A stretch of DNA of 64,000 nt, from contig SHZY01000008.1 in assembly GCA_009692065.1 (NCBI GenBank), forward strand, positions 10,937 through 74,936. The letters are read 5' to 3'. Made by a program: the position numbers and the translations under genes. The stretch is from Gemmataceae bacterium (GTDB lineage: Bacteria; Planctomycetota; Planctomycetia; Gemmatales; Gemmataceae). This document shows, in pieces, positions 48,013-56,330 of the stretch (its first letter is position 1; the number at the start of each line of letters is the position of its first letter). Under the pieces are notes generated by a model. That model made no database searches, was not told where the DNA came from, and worked only from the letters and a program-made list of their open reading frames with translations.

Positions 48013-48419
48013 AGCGGACGTTCGCTATTTCGATCCTGTGCGGATTCGCGTTCGGCATCGCTGCCGCGGCGCACCCCGCTCGGCCGCTGTATGAGCCGCC
48101 CGACCCGCCAAAGGCCGCGCCGCCATTTACCATGGCGGGCACGTATTGGTTCGGCAAATGTTACGCGGACAACTTCTGGATGATCTTCGAGGAGCAAGGA
48201 ACCATCAACTGGGGCTACGGCCAGCTGGACGTCAAGAAGGCAGGTTCCACCGGCACGTGGAAGCTGGAGGGCAACCATCTCTATTTTGAATTTAACAAGA
48301 AGACCCTGGAATTCCGCGGCACCACCGACGGCCAGGTCATTGAAGGATCGACCTTCAACAACAGCGGATCGAACTACAAGACGTATTTGCGTCATACGGC
48401 TCGGCCGAAACAACCCTGA
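48009..48419 (+). CDS. Small secreted protein, paralogue 1 of 4 (unrecognised family)
   Basis: The ATG overlaps the receiver stop (ATGA), with GGAG 8 nt upstream. It has a signal peptide, AAHPARPLYEPPDPPK, and the core GTWKLEGNHLYFEFNKKTLEFRG. Confidence 0.7.
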   Translation: MKRTFAISILCGFAFGIAAAAHPARPLYEPPDPPKAAPPFTMAGTYWFGKCYADNFWMIFEEQGTINWGYGQLDVKKAGSTGTWKLEGNHLYFEFNKKTLEFRGTTDGQVIEGSTFNNSGSNYKTYLRHTARPKQP

Positions 48420-48442
48420 CGCGGCTTCATCGAGGCAGCACC

Positions 48443-48826
48443 ATGAAACGGCTGCTTACCTGTGTGCTGGCATGTTTCGTTTTAACGCTTGGCGCCGCGC
48501 ACGCCATCCCCGCCCGGCTTCCCTACGAGCCGCCGCCGACAGCCATTGATTTGCGCGGCACGACCTGGAGTGGATACAATGACGCCGTCAAAGCCAACTG
48601 GACCGTGCTCTTCGAACCGGACGGCACGTTCAACTACAGCTATGGCGGAGCGAGCTACCATATCGGCACGTGGCGGGCCGAAGGCAATTCGCTTTACTAC
48701 GAAACGAACAAGAAGTATGCTGAGTTTCAGGGCGTCATCCAGGGCAACACGATCCAGGGTCAGGGTTGGAACGTGGCCGGCCTGCGCTGGCAGATCCTGT
48801 TGAATCGCGTGCCATCGCCCCGATGA
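48443..48826 (+). CDS. Small secreted protein, paralogue 2 of 4
   Basis: Signal peptide, AIPARLPYEPPP, core GTWRAEGNSLYYETNKKYAEFQG, and tail WNVAGLRWQ. Confidence 0.7.
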   Translation: MKRLLTCVLACFVLTLGAAHAIPARLPYEPPPTAIDLRGTTWSGYNDAVKANWTVLFEPDGTFNYSYGGASYHIGTWRAEGNSLYYETNKKYAEFQGVIQGNTIQGQGWNVAGLRWQILLNRVPSPR

Positions 48827-48876
48827 TCGCGTAGTTTTCGCCTGGATTGAAGTCGAAAAGTAGTGGAGGCTGCTCC

Positions 48877-49308
48877 GTGAACCGGTTTTTCCTTTGCTCG
48901 CTATTCCTGTTCAGCCTCATGGTTGGCATCACTGTCGCGGCGCACCCTGCTCGGCCTCTCTATGAGCCGCCCGATCCGCCGAAGCCGCTGGCCCCTGTCG
49001 TCGTCAACCTCGCCGGCAGCGCCTGGCTCGGCAAGTACGCCGCCGCCAACCGCACCTACATCTTCGAAGCCGACGGCACGCTCAGTTACAAGACGGCCAC
49101 GGTGACGATTTTCAAGAACCGCGGCGCCTGGCGTCTTGAAGGGAATACGATCTACTTCGAGCACCACATCGGCATCAAGGCCAAGAAGACCCTGGAGTTC
49201 CGCGGCGTCCTCAAAGACCCGAACACCATCGTCGGCGAACAGACCATGGTTGTTACCGGAGCCAAGACCAACGTGACCATGCAACGAACTATGGTGGGCG
49301 TGAAATGA
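48877..49308 (+). CDS. Small secreted protein, paralogue 3 of 4
   Basis: GTG at 48877 with GGAGG about 8 nt upstream (the ORF-track TTG at 48847 is less likely). AAHPARPLYEPPDPPKP and core GAWRLEGNTIYFEHH...KKTLEFRG. Confidence 0.65.
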   Translation: MNRFFLCSLFLFSLMVGITVAAHPARPLYEPPDPPKPLAPVVVNLAGSAWLGKYAAANRTYIFEADGTLSYKTATVTIFKNRGAWRLEGNTIYFEHHIGIKAKKTLEFRGVLKDPNTIVGEQTMVVTGAKTNVTMQRTMVGVK

Positions 49309-49329
49309 CCGTGGGCCGGAGATCGCGAC

Positions 49330-49731
49330 ATGTTGCGCACCTTCGCTTACTCGTTCGCATGTCTCGCCGTGGCAATGGGCATCGCCCAGGCCATACCCGC
49401 CCGCCTGCCCTATGAACCGCCCGATCCGCCCAAGCCGCCACAGGCCTTCATCGAACTGCGCGACACAGCCTGGGCTGGCATCGAGCCCGCCGATCGCAAC
49501 ATCTTCTTTCATAGCAATGGCGGGCTTTCCTACGGCATTGCTCAAAAACCCTTCGGCACCTGGAAGCAGGAAGGCAACACCGTCTACTTCGAGTTCAACA
49601 AACGCTATCGCGAATTTCGCGGCACCATCGAAGGGAATACGATTCGAGGCGAATCGTGGAACACAGCCGGCAAGCGCTGGCAGACCAGGCTGCATCGCCC
49701 CAGTGTGCCGCCGTTAGGACCGCTGCCATGA
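49330..49731 (+). CDS. Small secreted protein, paralogue 4 of 4
   Basis: Signal peptide, AIPARLPYEPPDPPKP, core GTWKQEGNTVYFEFNKRYREFRG, and tail WNTAGKRWQ. Confidence 0.7.
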   Translation: MLRTFAYSFACLAVAMGIAQAIPARLPYEPPDPPKPPQAFIELRDTAWAGIEPADRNIFFHSNGGLSYGIAQKPFGTWKQEGNTVYFEFNKRYREFRGTIEGNTIRGESWNTAGKRWQTRLHRPSVPPLGPLP

Positions 49732-49732
49732 A

Positions 49733-49792
49733 TCGCCGCTTGCGGCGTAGCGTTCACTCGCCCACTTGCGAATGCTACGCCGCAAGCGGCGA
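49733..49792. repeat. REP-like hairpin (TCGCCGCTTGCGGCGTAGCGTTC ... GAATGCTACGCCGCAAGCGGCGA)
   Basis: Starts 2 nt after the paralogue-4 stop. Confidence 0.75.
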
Positions 49793-49919
49793 AATCGGGA
49801 AGCAACCCCGCCCCGCAAGCAAGCTCGCCGGCTAAACAAGATCGATACACCTCTCGTCATCACGCCTCGTGACCTTACAATAATCCGCGACCTTCATCCA
49901 ACCTCCGCAGGAGCATTCC

Positions 49920-51380
49920 ATGGCTACCGCTGCCGCGACGGCGACTTCCAAGAAAATGTACATCGATGGCCAATGGTGTGCCGCCCAGGACGGTAAGACC
50001 GTCGGCGTCATCAATCCGGCGACCGAGGACGTTATCGTCGAGATGGCGCTCGGCAGCCGGGCCGATGTCAAACGCGCCATCGAGGCCGCCGGCAAGGTCA
50101 TGCCCGCCTGGATGAAGCTGACGCCGTACGACCGGGCCAAGGTTTTGAAGAAAACCGCCGACCTGATGCGCGAACGAGCCGACGCCATCGCCAAGACGCT
50201 TACGATGGAACAGGGCAAACCCCTGGCCGAGGCGAAAGCCGAGATCCTGCACTCCGCCGACACCTTCGAATGGTTCGCGGAAGAAGGTAAGCGCGCCTAT
50301 GGCCAGCTCATTCCGAACTCCGCGCCGGGCAAACGGCATGTCACGCTCAAGCATCCGGTCGGCGTCGTCGGCGCGATCAGCCCGTGGAACTTTCCGATCA
50401 CGCTGCAATCTCGCAAGATCGCGCCGGCACTGGCCGCCGGCTGCACCATCGTGTGCAAGCCGGCGACGCAAACGCCGTTGAGCCTGGTGCAGGTCTTCGA
50501 ATGCATGATCGATGCTGGCTTGCCGGCCGGCGTCGCCAATCTCGTCATGGGCCCCGCCCAGGAAGTAGCTGACGAGTTCCTCGAAAACCCGATCGTGCGC
50601 AAGATCAGCTTCACCGGCTCCACCGAAGTCGGCAAGCAACTGATGCGTGGCGCTGCCGATCAGGTCAAACGCATCAGCCTGGAACTCGGCGGGCACGCCC
50701 CGTTCATCGTTTTTCCAGATGCTGACCCAGAAGTCGGCGCCAAGCTGGCTGTCATGGGCAAGTTTCGCAACAACGGCCAGGTGTGCATCGCCCCGAGCCG
50801 CTTCTATGTGCATCAGGACGTGCAGAAGAAATTCACCGAAGCGGCGGTCGAGTTCACCAAACAACTCAAGGTCGGCAATGGCCTTGACGCCGGCATCGAG
50901 ATCGGCCCGATGTTCGAGAAACACGCCATGGACGGCACCATCAGCCTGATCGAGGACGCCAAGAAGTGCGGCGCCAAACTTCTAACTGGCGGCAAACGCT
51001 CCGACAAATTCGCCAAGGGTTACTTCTTCGAACCGACGATCCTTTCGAACATGCCGATGAACGCCCGCATCATGACCGAGGAGCCGTTTGCGCCGGTGAT
51101 GCCGCTCTTGGACTTCAAGAACCTCGACGACGTCATCAAGGCCGCCAATAACACGAAGTATGGCCTGGCCGCGTATTGCTTCACGAACGATCTGACGATT
51201 GCCTGGAAGATGGCCGAGGGCCTCGAAGCCGGCATCATCGGCATCAACGATCCGGTCCCCGCCTCGCCGCAGTGCCCGTTCGGCGGCATGAAGGAATCGG
51301 GCTATGGCCGCGAGCTGGGGCACGAGGGGCTGGAGGCGTATCTGGAGACGAAGTACGTGAGCTTCAAGCTGAGGGATTGA
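49920..51380 (+). CDS. gabD: NAD(P)-dependent aldehyde dehydrogenase, succinate-semialdehyde dehydrogenase-like
   Basis: Catalytic Glu block SLELGGHAP and Cys block NNGQVCIAPSR. Overall GabD-like layout. Confidence 0.8.
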   Translation: MATAAATATSKKMYIDGQWCAAQDGKTVGVINPATEDVIVEMALGSRADVKRAIEAAGKVMPAWMKLTPYDRAKVLKKTADLMRERADAIAKTLTMEQGKPLAEAKAEILHSADTFEWFAEEGKRAYGQLIPNSAPGKRHVTLKHPVGVVGAISPWNFPITLQSRKIAPALAAGCTIVCKPATQTPLSLVQVFECMIDAGLPAGVANLVMGPAQEVADEFLENPIVRKISFTGSTEVGKQLMRGAADQVKRISLELGGHAPFIVFPDADPEVGAKLAVMGKFRNNGQVCIAPSRFYVHQDVQKKFTEAAVEFTKQLKVGNGLDAGIEIGPMFEKHAMDGTISLIEDAKKCGAKLLTGGKRSDKFAKGYFFEPTILSNMPMNARIMTEEPFAPVMPLLDFKNLDDVIKAANNTKYGLAAYCFTNDLTIAWKMAEGLEAGIIGINDPVPASPQCPFGGMKESGYGRELGHEGLEAYLETKYVSFKLRD

Positions 51381-51397
51381 GTATTGCACGCCCCAGG

Positions 51398-51449
51398 ATG
51401 AGCGCAGCGATTCCCGGGGGTCGGACCCCGCAGAATCGCTGCGCTCATC
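51398..51449. repeat. Hairpin GATGAGCGCAGCGATTC ... GAATCGCTGCGCTCATC
   Basis: 17-bp perfect arms downstream of the gabD-like stop. It shares the GAGCGCAGCGA core with the 80-nt hairpin family. Confidence 0.65.
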
Positions 51450-51480
51450 TGCGGGCTTGGGACATAAGGTAATATCCTCC

Positions 51481-52353
51481 ATGAAAGACATCACCTACGC
51501 CGCCCCGAAAACCATCGCCGACGCGGCCGCCCTCCTCAACGATAAGGGTGATCGCGCTCGCATTCTCGCGGGCGGCACCGATATAATCGTTCAGGTCCGC
51601 GAGGGCCGGCGCGACATTGACGCGCTCGTCGATATCAAGCACATCACTGAGGTCAACGAGTTGACGTGCGATCCCACCAAGGGCCTCGTCATCGGCGCCG
51701 CGGTGCCGTGCTGCTTGATCTACGAGAACAAGGCGATTGCCAAAGCGTACCCCGGGCTGATCGACGCCGTCAGTCTCATCGGCGGCATTCAGATCCAGAG
51801 CCGGGCGAGCCTGGGCGGCAATCTTTGCAACGGTTCGCCGGCGGCCGACGGCATCCCGGTGCTGATCGCCATGGAAGCCGTTTGTGACATTGCCGGTTCC
51901 AAGGGAACGCGAAGCGTGCCGGTCGAGCAGTTCTGCACCGCGCCGGGCAAGACGGTGCTGCAGCGCGGCGAATTCCTGATCCGCTTCCGAATCCAGGCCC
52001 CGAAGAAGCAATCGGGCGCGGCCTACTTGCGCTTCATCCCGCGCAACGAAATGGACATCGCGGTCGTCGGGGCCGGAGTATCAATACAGTTCGATGCGGC
52101 GAAGTCGAAATGCACCGCAGCGCGCATCGCGCTCGCGGCCGTCGCGCCGACGCCGCTGCTGGTGGCGGAAGCCGGCGCCGCCCTGGTCGGCACCTCGCTC
52201 GACGACGCCTCGATTGCCAAGGCCGCCGCGCTGGCACAAGCCGCCGCCAAGCCGATCAGCGACATGCGCGGCGACGCCGATTACCGCCGGCATCTAGTGG
52301 GCGTGCTGGTGAAGCGTGCGCTCGCCATCGCCATCGAACGCGCGAAATCTTGA
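51481..52353 (+). CDS. FAD-binding medium subunit of a xanthine dehydrogenase/aerobic CO dehydrogenase-family enzyme (CoxM/CutM-like)
   Basis: The ATG at 51481 gives MKDITYAAPKT, followed by ILAGGTDIIVQVREG and RASLGGNLCNGSPAAD. Confidence 0.85.
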   Translation: MKDITYAAPKTIADAAALLNDKGDRARILAGGTDIIVQVREGRRDIDALVDIKHITEVNELTCDPTKGLVIGAAVPCCLIYENKAIAKAYPGLIDAVSLIGGIQIQSRASLGGNLCNGSPAADGIPVLIAMEAVCDIAGSKGTRSVPVEQFCTAPGKTVLQRGEFLIRFRIQAPKKQSGAAYLRFIPRNEMDIAVVGAGVSIQFDAAKSKCTAARIALAAVAPTPLLVAEAGAALVGTSLDDASIAKAAALAQAAAKPISDMRGDADYRRHLVGVLVKRALAIAIERAKS

Positions 52354-52365
52354 TAATAACCGACT

Positions 52366-52409
52366 CTTCGTTTAGCACCGGCGTGGCGCCAAGCGGGCGC
52401 TAAACGAAG
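52366..52409. repeat. REP-like hairpin CTTCGTTTAGCACCGGC-GTGGCGCCAA-GCGGGCGCTAAACGAAG
   Basis: Lies 13 nt after the upstream stop. Confidence 0.75.
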
Positions 52410-52425
52410 AAGGAGAAAACCAACC

Positions 52426-52905
52426 GTGACCAAGAAACTCCACATCATCTGCTCCATCAACGGCCAATCCGCCGAGTTCCTGTGCGAGCCGCGCAATAGC
52501 TTGCTCGAAGCCCTGCGCGACGAGCTAAAGTTGACCGGCGCCAAGGAAGGCTGCAACAACGGCAACTGCGGCGCGTGCAACGTCCTTTTGGATGGCCGGC
52601 TCGTCAACAGTTGCCTGGTGATGGCCGCCGAGGTCGAGGGCAAGAGCGTCACCACCATCGAAGGCATCTCCAGCAAGAACGGCTTGCACCCGATTCAGCA
52701 GTGCTTCCTCGAAGGCGCCGCCCTCCAGTGCGGCATCTGCACCCCCGGCTTCATCGTCGCCGCCAAGGCGCTCTTGGACAAGAATCCGCACCCCACCGAG
52801 CACGAAGCCCGCCACTTTCTCGCCGGCAACCTGTGCCGCTGCACCGGGTATGACAAGATCATCCGCGCGGTGCTGGAGGCGGCGGAGTGCGGGGCGAAGA
52901 AATGA
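52426..52905 (+). CDS. [2Fe-2S] small subunit of a xanthine dehydrogenase/CO dehydrogenase-family enzyme (CoxS-like)
   Basis: GTG start. Cluster I motif GCNNGNCGACNV and cluster II motifs CGICTPGF and NLCRCTGY. Confidence 0.9.
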   Translation: MTKKLHIICSINGQSAEFLCEPRNSLLEALRDELKLTGAKEGCNNGNCGACNVLLDGRLVNSCLVMAAEVEGKSVTTIEGISSKNGLHPIQQCFLEGAALQCGICTPGFIVAAKALLDKNPHPTEHEARHFLAGNLCRCTGYDKIIRAVLEAAECGAKK

Positions 52906-52948
52906 TCTAGATCGCAAGGTGCGAACCCGCCGTAAACGGCGGGCTATA

Positions 52949-54874
52949 TCAAATCGAAAAATCCACGCCCACCTCCCGCACGCTCCCCTTCTGCGCAAGA
53001 TAGCGGACGATCCGGTCGGCCGCGGCTTCCACGGAATCCAGGGTCGTGTCGATCATGATCTCGGGATTCTCCGATGGCTCATATTCCGAATCGATGCCGG
53101 TGAAGTGCTTGATTTCGCCGGCGCGGGCCTTTTTGTACAAGCCCTTGGGATCGCGTGCCTCGGCCACGGCCAGCGGTGTGTTGACGAACACTTCGACGAA
53201 TTCTCCCTGCTCCACAAGTCCGCGCGCCATGCGGCGTTCGGTGCGGAACGGCGAGATGAACGAGACCAGCGTGATCAAGCCGGCTTCGACCATCAACTTC
53301 GCGACCTCGGCGACGCGGCGGATGTTCTCCACGCGGTCGGCATCGGTGAAGCCCAGATCGCGGTTGAGGCCGTGCCGCACGTTGTCGCCATCGAGCAGGA
53401 AGGTGTGATGGCCCAGCGAATAGAGGCGTTTCTCCACCAGGTTGGCGATGGTTGACTTGCCCGACCCGGACAATCCGGTGAACCACAGGATGCACGCCTT
53501 CTGGTTCTTGATCGCGGCATGGGCGCCCTTGTTGACTTCGATCGCCTGCCAATGAATGTTTTCGGCGCGGCGGAGCGCGAAATGAATCAGGCCCGCGCCG
53601 ACGGTGCCATTGGTCAAGCGATCGATCAAGATGAAACCGCCGGTGTCGCGGTTCTCAACGTAGGGATCAAAGGCAATTGGCTGGTCGAGGCTCAGGTTGC
53701 AGACGCCGATCTCGTTGAGCTCCAGCGTTTTCGCCGCCAGCTTTTCCAGGGTGTTGACGTTGATCTTGTGCTTGACGTCGGTGACGGTCGCCAGGGCGAG
53801 CTTCGTGCCGACCTTGACCCAGTATTGTCTGCCGGGCAACATCGCCTCCTCGGCCATCCAGATGATCGTCACCTTGAACTGGTCGGCCACGCTCGGCAGC
53901 GCATCGACGCGGGCCAGCACATTGCCGCGGCTGATGTCGATCTCGTCTTCCAGCACGATGGTGACGGACTGTTCCGCGACTGCCTCTTGCAGATCGCCAT
54001 CGATGGTCACAATGCGTGCAACCTTGCTCTCCTTGCCGGAGGGAAGCACCCGTAGGCGATCGCCTGGATGGACGGTCCCGCTCGCGATGACGCCGGAGAA
54101 GCCGCGGAAGCTTTGGTTCGGCCGATTGACCCACTGAACCGGCAGGCGAAACGGCGCGGCTTGACTGTGATCGTCGATCTGCACCGTTTCCAGATGACTC
54201 ATCAGCGTCGGGCCGGTGTACCACGGCGTTTTCGCGGACGGCTCGGTGATGTTCTCGCCGTTCAATGCCGAGATCGGAATGGCAACGATGGAGGTCAAGC
54301 CAATCTGCTCGGCGAATTCGCGGTAGTCTTGCAGGATGGTTTCGAAGATGTCACGGGAAAAGCCGACCATGTCCATCTTGTTGATGGCCAAGACGATATG
54401 CCGAATGCCAATCAGCGAGACGAGGTAACTGTGCCGGCGCGTCTGCGTCAACACCCCCTTGTTGGCGTCAATCAGGATGATGGCCAAGGATGCAGTCGAG
54501 GCGCCGGTCACCATGTTGCGCGTGTATTGCTCATGGCCCGGCGTGTCGGCGACGATGAATTTTCGCTTGTCAGTCGAAAAAAAGCGGTAGGCGACATCGA
54601 TGGTGATCCCCTGCTCGCGCTCGGCGGCAAGGCCATCCACCAGTAAGGCAAGATCGAGTTTGCCGCCCTGCGTGCCCATCTTCTTCGAGTCGGCTTCAAT
54701 CGCCGCCAACTGGTCTTCGAAGATCATCTTCGAATCGTAGAGCAGCCGGCCGATCAGCGTGCTTTTGCCGTCATCGACGCTGCCGCAGGTGATGAAGCGC
54801 AAGAGGGACTTGTGCTCGTGCGACTTGAGGTACTGGTCGATGTCGGTGGCGATGAGGTCGGAGATGTGTGCCAT
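52949..54874 (-). CDS. cysNC: Bifunctional sulfate adenylyltransferase subunit 1 / adenylylsulfate kinase
   Basis: GTPase motifs GSVDDGKST and DTPGHEQY. The C-terminal APS kinase carries the P-loop GLSGSGKST. Confidence 0.92.
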   Translation of the reverse strand: MAHISDLIATDIDQYLKSHEHKSLLRFITCGSVDDGKSTLIGRLLYDSKMIFEDQLAAIEADSKKMGTQGGKLDLALLVDGLAAEREQGITIDVAYRFFSTDKRKFIVADTPGHEQYTRNMVTGASTASLAIILIDANKGVLTQTRRHSYLVSLIGIRHIVLAINKMDMVGFSRDIFETILQDYREFAEQIGLTSIVAIPISALNGENITEPSAKTPWYTGPTLMSHLETVQIDDHSQAAPFRLPVQWVNRPNQSFRGFSGVIASGTVHPGDRLRVLPSGKESKVARIVTIDGDLQEAVAEQSVTIVLEDEIDISRGNVLARVDALPSVADQFKVTIIWMAEEAMLPGRQYWVKVGTKLALATVTDVKHKINVNTLEKLAAKTLELNEIGVCNLSLDQPIAFDPYVENRDTGGFILIDRLTNGTVGAGLIHFALRRAENIHWQAIEVNKGAHAAIKNQKACILWFTGLSGSGKSTIANLVEKRLYSLGHHTFLLDGDNVRHGLNRDLGFTDADRVENIRRVAEVAKLMVEAGLITLVSFISPFRTERRMARGLVEQGEFVEVFVNTPLAVAEARDPKGLYKKARAGEIKHFTGIDSEYEPSENPEIMIDTTLDSVEAAADRIVRYLAQKGSVREVGVDFSI

Positions 54875-54877
54875 AAT

Positions 54878-55579
54878 TCAAATTCCTGGCCGTGATCGGG
54901 AGGGCGAGGCTCCTGCCGAGCCTTTGGGTGCGGCAAACTCGCATATTCTGAAATGATAGGTTGAGGGAAAATGGCCGTTCGTCTCGATCTCGACGGTGTC
55001 TACAGTGAAATCTAATTCCTTCTGGAGAATCTCAAGAAAACGATCGACGGGCTTCAGAAAATTGCGGTCCGTCTTGCAGGCGTGTGTTAGCCGATATTTT
55101 CTCAATGGTTTCCACCAGTTGACATATCTTTCGATATCACTGTCATCCAGCGCGGCTAGGTCTCGCGAACAGATGATCCAGACGAAGAGGTTAGGCTTTT
55201 TTTTCCAAACGTCCTTCCAGATCCTAGGCACGATGTCCCAACCACTTCCTTTTTCCATCAGCCGTCGAATGTTCTTGTCGGAAGTCCTTTCCAATTTTTC
55301 TAGTTCTTTCTTGAGCCTGGATTCTAACGTCTCATAGTTGAACTTGAATTCGAGGTTGATCTGTTTCTCCCTGGTTGAGTGCGATGGAGTCCAGATCGCC
55401 AGGTCGTGCTTGTTGATTCTGTCCAGTGCGTACAAGTGCTTCTGTCTCCAAAGGCATTTCGCCAACAAATGCACGATTGGGTCTTCCTGCATGATGCTTG
55501 CGAGGTAGGAGCTAATTTCTTCCAACCCTATTTTGAAACCCGAAGGCGTGAAAATCTCCGTCAAATCAGCCGCTGTCAT
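54878..55579 (-). CDS. Orphan hypothetical protein (233 aa) encoded by visibly AT-rich DNA
   Basis: The ATG at 55579 gives MTAADLTEIFTPSGF. The sequence is Lys/Trp-rich (WKDVWKKKPNLFVWIICSRD) with no motif recognised. The stop TGA is 3 nt before the cysNC ATG, and the last ~20 codons read through a repeat fragment. Confidence 0.5.
   Translation of the reverse strand: MTAADLTEIFTPSGFKIGLEEISSYLASIMQEDPIVHLLAKCLWRQKHLYALDRINKHDLAIWTPSHSTREKQINLEFKFNYETLESRLKKELEKLERTSDKNIRRLMEKGSGWDIVPRIWKDVWKKKPNLFVWIICSRDLAALDDSDIERYVNWWKPLRKYRLTHACKTDRNFLKPVDRFLEILQKELDFTVDTVEIETNGHFPSTYHFRICEFAAPKGSAGASPSRSRPGI
54898..54922. repeat. Truncated copy (one arm) of the 135-bp MITE-like element
   Basis: GGGAGGGCGAGGCTCCTGCCGAGCC is identical to 2514..2538. 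The complementary arm is absent. Confidence 0.7.
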
Positions 55580-55599
55580 TTGTGTTTTCCCTATTGGCC

Positions 55600-56301
55600 T
55601 CACCGCCGCCCATTCTTCCGCTCCGCCCCCGCCTTCTTCCCGACAACATCCGACTGCAGCCATTCCGTAAATTCCTCAAGCAAGCTGAGCTCGTCGGCAC
55701 TGCCGAGTTTCCTCACGTGGCGGACAAAGCCATCCATTGGCAACGACGGAAAGGCCATGCTCTTGGCTCGCTCCTTGTATTTGCCGTTGGCGCCGAGGAT
55801 GAGCACCTTGAGCGTTTCGCCATCGAAGCGCCAGACTTCGGGGACCTTGAGCGCCGCATAGATCCCCAGCCTGTTCAGCCAGCTGCTGCTGATATCAATC
55901 TCGATGGCGAGATCGGGCGGCGGATCGGTGAGCGCGTCCCATTTTTTCTTGCTGCGCATGCTTTTTTCATGCTTGATCCAGTAACACCGGTCTGGCTCAA
56001 GGCCTACCTTTTCCAGCGCCAATTTCAGGGTTGTCGAACCACCGCTGCACAGGCGAATCTTCATTGCGAACGAAAAAAAAGAGAGCAACTTGGCCATCCA
56101 CTCGCCGTAGTGCTCGTGCTCGAAAGGAATGGTCATGAATTCAAGATCTCCGTCTTGGTACGTAACTCGATGGTGCGTCTCTCCAATGTCGTCGAGGATG
56201 CGCTCGAATGCCGTCCATCTGATATTTCGGAGAACCATGTGTTCGGGGGGTCGTTCGATTACAGCAACCATGAGATTTCCTCGCAAAAAGGCCATGGGCA
56301 T
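55600..56301 (-). CDS. Uma2-family (DUF820) PD-(D/E)xK-like endonuclease
   Basis: Typical Uma2 blocks: EFMTIPFEHEHYGEWM, EPDRCYWI and PPDLAIEIDISSS. The start could be 56301, 56295 or 56271. The ORF-track start at 56490 would overlap cysD. Confidence 0.75.
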   Translation of the reverse strand: MPMAFLRGNLMVAVIERPPEHMVLRNIRWTAFERILDDIGETHHRVTYQDGDLEFMTIPFEHEHYGEWMAKLLSFFSFAMKIRLCSGGSTTLKLALEKVGLEPDRCYWIKHEKSMRSKKKWDALTDPPPDLAIEIDISSSWLNRLGIYAALKVPEVWRFDGETLKVLILGANGKYKERAKSMAFPSLPMDGFVRHVRKLGSADELSLLEEFTEWLQSDVVGKKAGAERKNGRR

Positions 56302-56330
56302 TCTATCCGAATCCGCGCCCCAAACGGCGA

